Below, one piece after another: positions 24,808 to 29,873 of a stretch of 29,873 bases of DNA. The first letter of the stretch is position 1, and the number at the start of each line of letters is the position of its first letter. This stretch comes from a virus. Its lineage: Duplodnaviria; Caudoviricetes. The notes below the pieces were generated by a model. That model ran no database searches, was not told the DNA's origin, and was given only the letters and a program-made list of their open reading frames with translations. Both the position numbers and the translations under genes were made by a program. Where the stretch lies: IMG/VR virus record IMGVR_UViG_3300028145_000055, positions 1 to 29,873 of that record. One strand, written 5' to 3'.

Positions 24808-26618
24808 TGCTTCTCGTACCTGTCTGACAAATGACCCTCAACGTCCAACGGGATACCGGGAAGCCAACCCGGTGTGAGCTTCATTTGCTCCGCGATAAAG
24901 TTGTACGTGTTATGTATATTATGATCGTCGGGAATGCAACAGACAATATCGTCGTGCGTCATGGTCGCTATCCTGATCCCCGCCGCCTTGATCCGGTTCA
25001 TCGCCTGCGTCACGACGACACGGGCCAGCGCCTGCACCACGTTCTCGACGAGCTTGGCGCCGTACAGCTTGGCGTGCTTGTTGCGCAGTTTGATGCGCCA
25101 ATAGGCTTCGCCGGTCTCGGGATCGGTGTACCACTCCAACGTATCATAGATCAGCGGTGCGCCGTTGGGCAGGATGATCCTGCGCGTCTCGGCCTCGATC
25201 CCGCACTGCACGCTCATCGGCCCCCACTCGAACGAGCAAAGGCTGTTCATCCGCTTCAGGTTGAGCTCGGCCTCTCGCCACAGGGCGCAGACGTGAGGAT
25301 GCGTATTACGATATGCGTCCCGAGCGCGTAAGGCGTCATCTTCAGACAATAGGATGTTGGCACGAATACGGAGAGTTTCCCGTATCTTTGCAGCGCCTGA
25401 GCCAAACCCACACTGGAGCTCCAAAACTTTTCCGACCTGACGCTCCCCTGGATCAGTTTCCTTCGTGATTGGCCTTTTGTAGAACTCGCTGGCGACGTTG
25501 ACATAAGGATCTTCTCCGTTTCTGAACCGCTCGATCACGTCATCCTGCCCCGCCAAGTGGTTGAGCAATCTGCACTCAACCTGCGCCATATCAAAAATGC
25601 CAAGCTTGTGACCGGGCGGCGCCATTAGCGTGCGCTTGATATCGGGCGGGGGATTTTGAAAATTGAGCTTATCGCCGCCGGCAAATCGCGTGGTATGGGC
25701 GCCGGCATAGGACAGATAGATGCACATGGGACCGCGCTGGGCCATGTGCGCCATGCGCACCGCCCTGGTCTGCTTGATCGACGTCTTATTGCCGACGCGA
25801 GCTGCAGCCAGCGCTGCCACGCGATCGTTGTCGTGTTCCTCCAGGTCTTTCACGAACTTGTCGGACTTGGCGAAGGCGTAGATGGGTCCGTTGGTGCCTG
25901 GCTTGGTGGCAGGCTCGACGCCTTCCGCGCGCAAGAGCTCGGCGAACTTGGCATCAGAGCGCAGATCCTTGACCGTGCAGCCTACCTGTGCCAGCAGGGC
26001 TTCCTTGCGCACTGCCTCGTTTGCCCACACCTGCTTGAGCGCAGGCACGTCGGCGACTAGGCAGGGCTCGGTGAAAAAACGAACGGCGGTGTCGATCACG
26101 GCGTATTCTTCCGCGGGAAACCCCTTCGCCAACAGCGCGAATATCTGCCAAGTCAGCGCCGCATCATGGCAAGCACCATCAGCAACAGCGCGCCTGACAG
26201 CAGGAGACAGATCGCCCCAGTGCTTACCCCTAAAATCATCATAGGGGACAGACTTGGCCGCGAGATTAAAATGCTGAGCAAGAGAGCCCAACCCAACGCT
26301 AACGTGATTGCCCAGCACAAGACGAGCCATCGAGAGGGTGTCGAGCCAAGCATGAGGTTTTATCCCGTAGTGGTGCGAGAGAATGAGCCCATCGAACTGG
26401 GCGTGATGGCAGAGGCAGGCGATCTTGCTCCAGTCGAACTGATTAAGGTGCCCTGATACGTGCTCTCGCGGTACCCAGTAGGCTTTTTCTCCCGCTGCAG
26501 CGATTGACACACCTAGCGCCTCAAATCGCGGGTCACGTACATAGGCTTCGGTCGTCATTTTTTTCAGCGTGTAGTCGCTGTCGAAGTAAGTCTCGAAGTC
26601 GAGAGTAATGATTTTCAT
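24804..26618 (-). CDS. polA: Family A DNA polymerase with 3'-5' exonuclease
   Basis: LDFET, HHAQFD, HTTRF...NFQN, DMAQVECR, RQVGKVLELQCGFG, ENVVQALAR, THDD. Confidence 0.92.
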   Translation of the reverse strand: MKIITLDFETYFDSDYTLKKMTTEAYVRDPRFEALGVSIAAAGEKAYWVPREHVSGHLNQFDWSKIACLCHHAQFDGLILSHHYGIKPHAWLDTLSMARLVLGNHVSVGLGSLAQHFNLAAKSVPYDDFRGKHWGDLSPAVRRAVADGACHDAALTWQIFALLAKGFPAEEYAVIDTAVRFFTEPCLVADVPALKQVWANEAVRKEALLAQVGCTVKDLRSDAKFAELLRAEGVEPATKPGTNGPIYAFAKSDKFVKDLEEHDNDRVAALAAARVGNKTSIKQTRAVRMAHMAQRGPMCIYLSYAGAHTTRFAGGDKLNFQNPPPDIKRTLMAPPGHKLGIFDMAQVECRLLNHLAGQDDVIERFRNGEDPYVNVASEFYKRPITKETDPGERQVGKVLELQCGFGSGAAKIRETLRIRANILLSEDDALRARDAYRNTHPHVCALWREAELNLKRMNSLCSFEWGPMSVQCGIEAETRRIILPNGAPLIYDTLEWYTDPETGEAYWRIKLRNKHAKLYGAKLVENVVQALARVVVTQAMNRIKAAGIRIATMTHDDIVCCIPDDHNIHNTYNFIAEQMKLTPGWLPGIPLDVEGHLSDRYEKQ

Positions 26619-26636
26619 TGACTCCCTGTCTCGCGG

Positions 26637-26912
26637 TTAACGGGCTGGTCGTGATTGCATCTGAATCGGCATTTCGCCCTCCGGGTCATTCATCTCTTTT
26701 TCGAGGTTGTCGAGCGCGCCGCGCACGTCTGCCATCTCTCGTCTAATCCAATCCGCATTTGTCTCGCGCTGATCTCGTGGCAGTTCTGGATTGTAGCTGC
26801 GCCAGCCCCAGCGCAGCGATTTGCCGAGTGCAGCTAGCAGCTCACCCAATTCCTCGATTGCGTTGCCCCTGGCGAAGTCCAAGCCGGGGCGCATGTATCT
26901 AGGATCGGTCAT
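26637..26912 (-). CDS. MazG-like NTP pyrophosphohydrolase
   Basis: EELGEL...REMADV acidic motifs; AAGGAG RBS before ATG 26912. Confidence 0.7.
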   Translation of the reverse strand: MTDPRYMRPGLDFARGNAIEELGELLAALGKSLRWGWRSYNPELPRDQRETNADWIRREMADVRGALDNLEKEMNDPEGEMPIQMQSRPAR

Positions 26913-26997
26913 GTCCGGCTCCTTGCCTCGAAACAAGTGAAGTTTGCACTTTTAGTCCTATCTGCTACCCTCTCCGCGTCGAGAGGGAGAACCACCT

Positions 26998-27528
26998 ATG
27001 CGAGCGATCCTACTTGCGTGCGGTATCCTTGTGACTGCAGCTCAGGCCGTCGAAGCCCGAACACCACGCTTTGCTGTCATAGACTGCGATATGCGAGGCT
27101 GCCGGCCGGTTGGTCCCGAAGTACAACAGCCCAAACAGCATCACCGCCAGGCCAAGCGCCAGCGCGATCGTGGCCACAAGATAAGCCCGGTTGTCAGCCG
27201 CGACGCGGGCGTGAAAGCCCGCACGGTAGGTATCGTGGAGCATCCGCAAGGGTGCCCCCGTACCGCGTTCTGCGGCTGTGGCGTAGCAGTCAAGGTGTTC
27301 GGTAAACCCATCCGCGACTTGTGGCTTGCAGCCAACTGGTTCCGCTTCAAATCCGCGCAGGCTGCGGCGGGGATGGTTGCGGTGCGTCGTCATCATGTCT
27401 TTTTCATCCTCGAGGTTGTAGGGCGTGACAAGGTTCTCGCATACGATCCGAACAGTGGCCACCATCAAACCAGGATCCACCTACGGAGCCTGGCCGGGTA
27501 CAGGGTGGTGGATCCGAGAAGCGGCTGA
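26998..27528 (+). CDS. Secreted CHAP/NlpC-P60-like Cys-His hydrolase
   Basis: Signal peptide MRAILLACGILVTAAQA; FCGCG, LAANW, GMVAVRRHHV, DPNSG; GAGGGAG RBS. Confidence 0.7.
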   Translation: MRAILLACGILVTAAQAVEARTPRFAVIDCDMRGCRPVGPEVQQPKQHHRQAKRQRDRGHKISPVVSRDAGVKARTVGIVEHPQGCPRTAFCGCGVAVKVFGKPIRDLWLAANWFRFKSAQAAAGMVAVRRHHVFFILEVVGRDKVLAYDPNSGHHQTRIHLRSLAGYRVVDPRSG

Positions 27529-27888
27529 TTTAGCAGCCATCGCTTCGTTGTAAAGCATCTGCACAACTTCATCGCTACGGCCTTCGCGGTCATGGCGTGC
27601 TGCGGCTGCTAAACGCGAAGCAATGCGAGCACGCACAGCGGTTTCAATGCCTTCCGCCGTATTGGCAAATGACCCGCTGGCGCACAGTGGCGTTGCACCT
27701 TCGCGGATTTTGCCTAGCAGTTCTTTTCGCTGCAACGCGCGAATTGCCTTCTCGACCGCGGCGCCGTATTGCTGGCGCAGCGTTCTATCCATCTGCATGA
27801 CGCCGCCGGCAGACTCGGCCATGCGCCGATACTTTGCGAGCGACGGCATCGCAGGATAAGCTGGTCCTGGATTTGTAGCGGTGTGCAC
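27481..27888 (-). CDS. Hypothetical protein (135 aa)
   Basis: GGAGG RBS before GTG; abuts the upstream gene. Confidence 0.55.
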   Translation of the reverse strand: MHTATNPGPAYPAMPSLAKYRRMAESAGGVMQMDRTLRQQYGAAVEKAIRALQRKELLGKIREGATPLCASGSFANTAEGIETAVRARIASRLAAAARHDREGRSDEVVQMLYNEAMAAKSAASRIHHPVPGQAP

Positions 27889-28083
27889 TTAATCCTCCCT
27901 TGGCGCTTCGCAGTTCCAACACGTCTCGTTACCCTCGTCGTTGCAGCTCTCACAGCCCCGACATTCCCAGAGCCCCTGATGAATGTGCTCGAGCGTGAGA
28001 CGCCGATCCTGCGGATTGCGACGATCCATCGCCAAGCCGGATTGAATGTCCATCTGGCGTTGCTCCCATGACGAATATCTCAT
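27889..28083 (-). CDS. Small zinc-finger protein (RanBP2-like)
   Basis: WECRGC..CN.....CWNCEAPR. Confidence 0.7.
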   Translation of the reverse strand: MRYSSWEQRQMDIQSGLAMDRRNPQDRRLTLEHIHQGLWECRGCESCNDEGNETCWNCEAPRED

Positions 28084-28304
28084 AACACACCTAATGCCAC
28101 GAACCGGGTGGCGTCGTCAAGCGTATGGAATGCTTTCATCTGCGGTATGCCCATGTCGTCGGGAACCGTGACGTACCAGGCCGGCTCGCCGTCGAGACCG
28201 CAGATCCCAAGGTAAGCGATATCAACCTCGGGATGACTGGCGAGCTCATAGAACGACGGGCTGATGACGTGGAACGGGACGCCGTGCAAATGTCGGACGA
28301 TCAT
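28080..28304 (-). CDS. Hypothetical protein (74 aa)
   Basis: GGAGG RBS; ATGA overlaps at both ends. Confidence 0.7.
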   Translation of the reverse strand: MIVRHLHGVPFHVISPSFYELASHPEVDIAYLGICGLDGEPAWYVTVPDDMGIPQMKAFHTLDDATRFVALGVL

Positions 28305-28528
28305 CGTGCATCCTCCAGATAAAGTTTAAGTCTATAGCCCAGCGCCTGCGCCCAGTCCTCCAAGGCAGGGATCGAAGGCATCCGCTCGCCGCGCTCCCAA
28401 TAGCCGATTGACTGCCAGTGGTAGCCTGCGGCAATGCCTACGTCTAACTGCTGCATGTGCTTCAGGCGTCGGATAGCGCGCAGTTCTTTTACGATCGGAT
28501 AGCGAATTTTGCGTTTTGGGTTGCCCAT
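28301..28528 (-). CDS. XRE/Cro-like HTH regulator
   Basis: LRAIRR...MQQLDVG..AGY..QSIGYWERGERMPSI. Confidence 0.88.
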   Translation of the reverse strand: MGNPKRKIRYPIVKELRAIRRLKHMQQLDVGIAAGYHWQSIGYWERGERMPSIPALEDWAQALGYRLKLYLEDAR

Positions 28529-29230
28529 CTATAACCCCTCTAATGCCTGTTCAAACCGTTTAGCCTCGTGCCAACTGTTAGAGTCGCGCCCCTGTTTGCG
28601 AGCTGCAAACGACCACGCCATACTGTCGGCGCTCTCTAATAGCTCTCGCACCAGCGAACTGCTAAGTGCCGTTGTTTTGAGCCCAAAGCCGTGCAGTTTC
28701 AGCCACGGCGCCTTGGCCTTGATTGCGCTTAGAATCTGCTCAACCTGGGTTATGTCGCCGTTGCGCTTGCACACCGAGCCCACGCCCACGTAACTACTAA
28801 ACACCAGCCGCGAACCGTATTGCTCCAGGTGATCGACATAGCTCTGCACCGAGTATCCTTGCAGCACCGGCATAAGGTAGACGTTAACCAGCGGCTTTAA
28901 TGCGTCATAACGCTCGATCGTGAGGCGCTGATGATCCTCCACAGTCAAGCCGGTCTTATCCAGCATGATCTTTTCGCACATATAGTCTTGCGACACCGCG
29001 GCCTTCAGCCCTGGATTGATTGCCGCTAGTCGATTGACCTCTGCGGCGTAAGCAGCCGGAGGATGCCTATATCCGCCGAACTGCTCAATCTCTCTAAATG
29101 CGCCGCTGTCCATGATCCACTCATCGCAAGAGATAGGTTTAATGCGTCCTCGCACGCGATTTACACTGATAAAAGCGCGTTCAAAGTGGCAAGCGTCGGC
29201 CGGCTGATGCAAGCCGACGTAGAATTTCAT
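28529..29230 (-). CDS. TGT-fold, DpdA-like guanine transglycosylase
   Basis: MDSGAF, QDYMCE, PVLQG, GVGS, LHGFG, ADSMAW match the order of TGT-family catalytic motifs. Confidence 0.8.
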   Translation of the reverse strand: MKFYVGLHQPADACHFERAFISVNRVRGRIKPISCDEWIMDSGAFREIEQFGGYRHPPAAYAAEVNRLAAINPGLKAAVSQDYMCEKIMLDKTGLTVEDHQRLTIERYDALKPLVNVYLMPVLQGYSVQSYVDHLEQYGSRLVFSSYVGVGSVCKRNGDITQVEQILSAIKAKAPWLKLHGFGLKTTALSSSLVRELLESADSMAWSFAARKQGRDSNSWHEAKRFEQALEGL

Positions 29231-29484
29231 CGGCGCGCCGCAAATTGACGCTCAAAGTCCTCTAACCCCTCATACACCGCCCTTGCCGTCCTCACCGTAG
29301 CATCCGGGTCCAATGTGAGAAGGGCGCGGATGACGCGATCGTGGCCAGGTTCATCGGTCGCAAGCGTGAAGCGCACGCGCCGGCCATTGGCGCTGGTTAG
29401 ACGTGCTTCACAACCTGCGTTCCGCGAAACGCGATAGAGCGTCCCGACCTCAGAGCCGATCGGCTTTGAAAACCTAATCTCCAT
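29227..29484 (-). CDS. Hypothetical protein (85 aa, MEIRFSK...)
   Basis: GGAGG RBS; ATGA overlap with the TGT-like gene. Confidence 0.65.
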   Translation of the reverse strand: MEIRFSKPIGSEVGTLYRVSRNAGCEARLTSANGRRVRFTLATDEPGHDRVIRALLTLDPDATVRTARAVYEGLEDFERQFAARR

Positions 29485-29486
29485 TG

Positions 29487-29873
29487 TCAGATCCTCCAGT
29501 TCAAGAGCTTGGCGACCGCGACGATATGCGCCACCAGCAAGAGACTTTCCTTGCCGAGCTGCGTTCCCTTCCGCGTGGCCTTCCAATGCTTCACGGCGTC
29601 CTTGGCGTTGAGATAGCGACAGCCGGCGTGGATCATAAGACGCTTCTCGTCCCTATCCATGATCCCTAGGAACCGATAGCCGTCCGAACGCTGGCCTCCT
29701 ACGATCAAATCGGCCCCGGACAAATCGGCCCTGGACAAATTGGCCCTGGACAAATTGGCCCCGTACAAATCGGCCCCGGACAAATCGGCCCTGGACAAAT
29801 TGGCCCTGGACAAATTGGCCCCGTACAAATCGGCCCCGGACAAATCGGCCCTGGACAAATAGGCCCCGGACAA
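29487..29873 (-). CDS. Pentapeptide-repeat protein, 5'-truncated
   Basis: A(D/N)L(S/Y)(G/R) repeats plus a C-terminal domain with IHAGC. Confidence 0.9.
   Translation of the reverse strand: MSGAYLSRADLSGADLYGANLSRANLSRADLSGADLYGANLSRANLSRADLSGADLIVGGQRSDGYRFLGIMDRDEKRLMIHAGCRYLNAKDAVKHWKATRKGTQLGKESLLLVAHIVAVAKLLNWRI
29706..29873. repeat. 15-bp coding tandem repeat with an exact 60-bp higher-order period
   Basis: Units CAAATYGGCCCYGKA; 29706-29765 is identical to 29766-29825, and the third copy matches to 29860. Confidence 0.95.

Noticed and set aside
29706-29873. Repeat array as a CRISPR or guide-RNA array
   Set aside because: No unique spacers; in-frame 15-bp units encode pentapeptides

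Overview
The whole window is a segment of a tailed dsDNA phage genome (podovirus-type; GC-rich, host probably an alphaproteobacterium, which is an inference). It has two convergent arms. The + arm (1-15591) is the late/virion module: membrane proteins, scaffold, N4-gp56-type major capsid with an inserted beta-rich domain, an antisense endonuclease-VII homing gene, adaptor, nozzle, tail fibre, GNAT protein, three ejection proteins and a holin-like protein. The - arm (15738-29873) is the early/replication module: primase-DUF927 helicase, SSB-like protein, SNF2 helicase, VRR-NUC, Cas4-like exonuclease, HNH, family-A DNA polymerase, MazG-like protein, HTH regulators, a TGT/DpdA-like base-exchange enzyme and a pentapeptide-repeat protein. 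The most unusual signals are: two adjacent tail-module proteins with classic Sec signal peptides; a late leader built from three CGUAA-loop hairpins; a stand-alone DpdA/TGT-like gene; a secreted CHAP-like gene inserted against the early operon; patchwork codon usage inside single genes; and at least six translationally coupled micro-ORFs missing from the ORF track. I saw no terminase, portal, integrase, tRNA or CRISPR array. All family calls come from motif recognition by eye, not from database searches.
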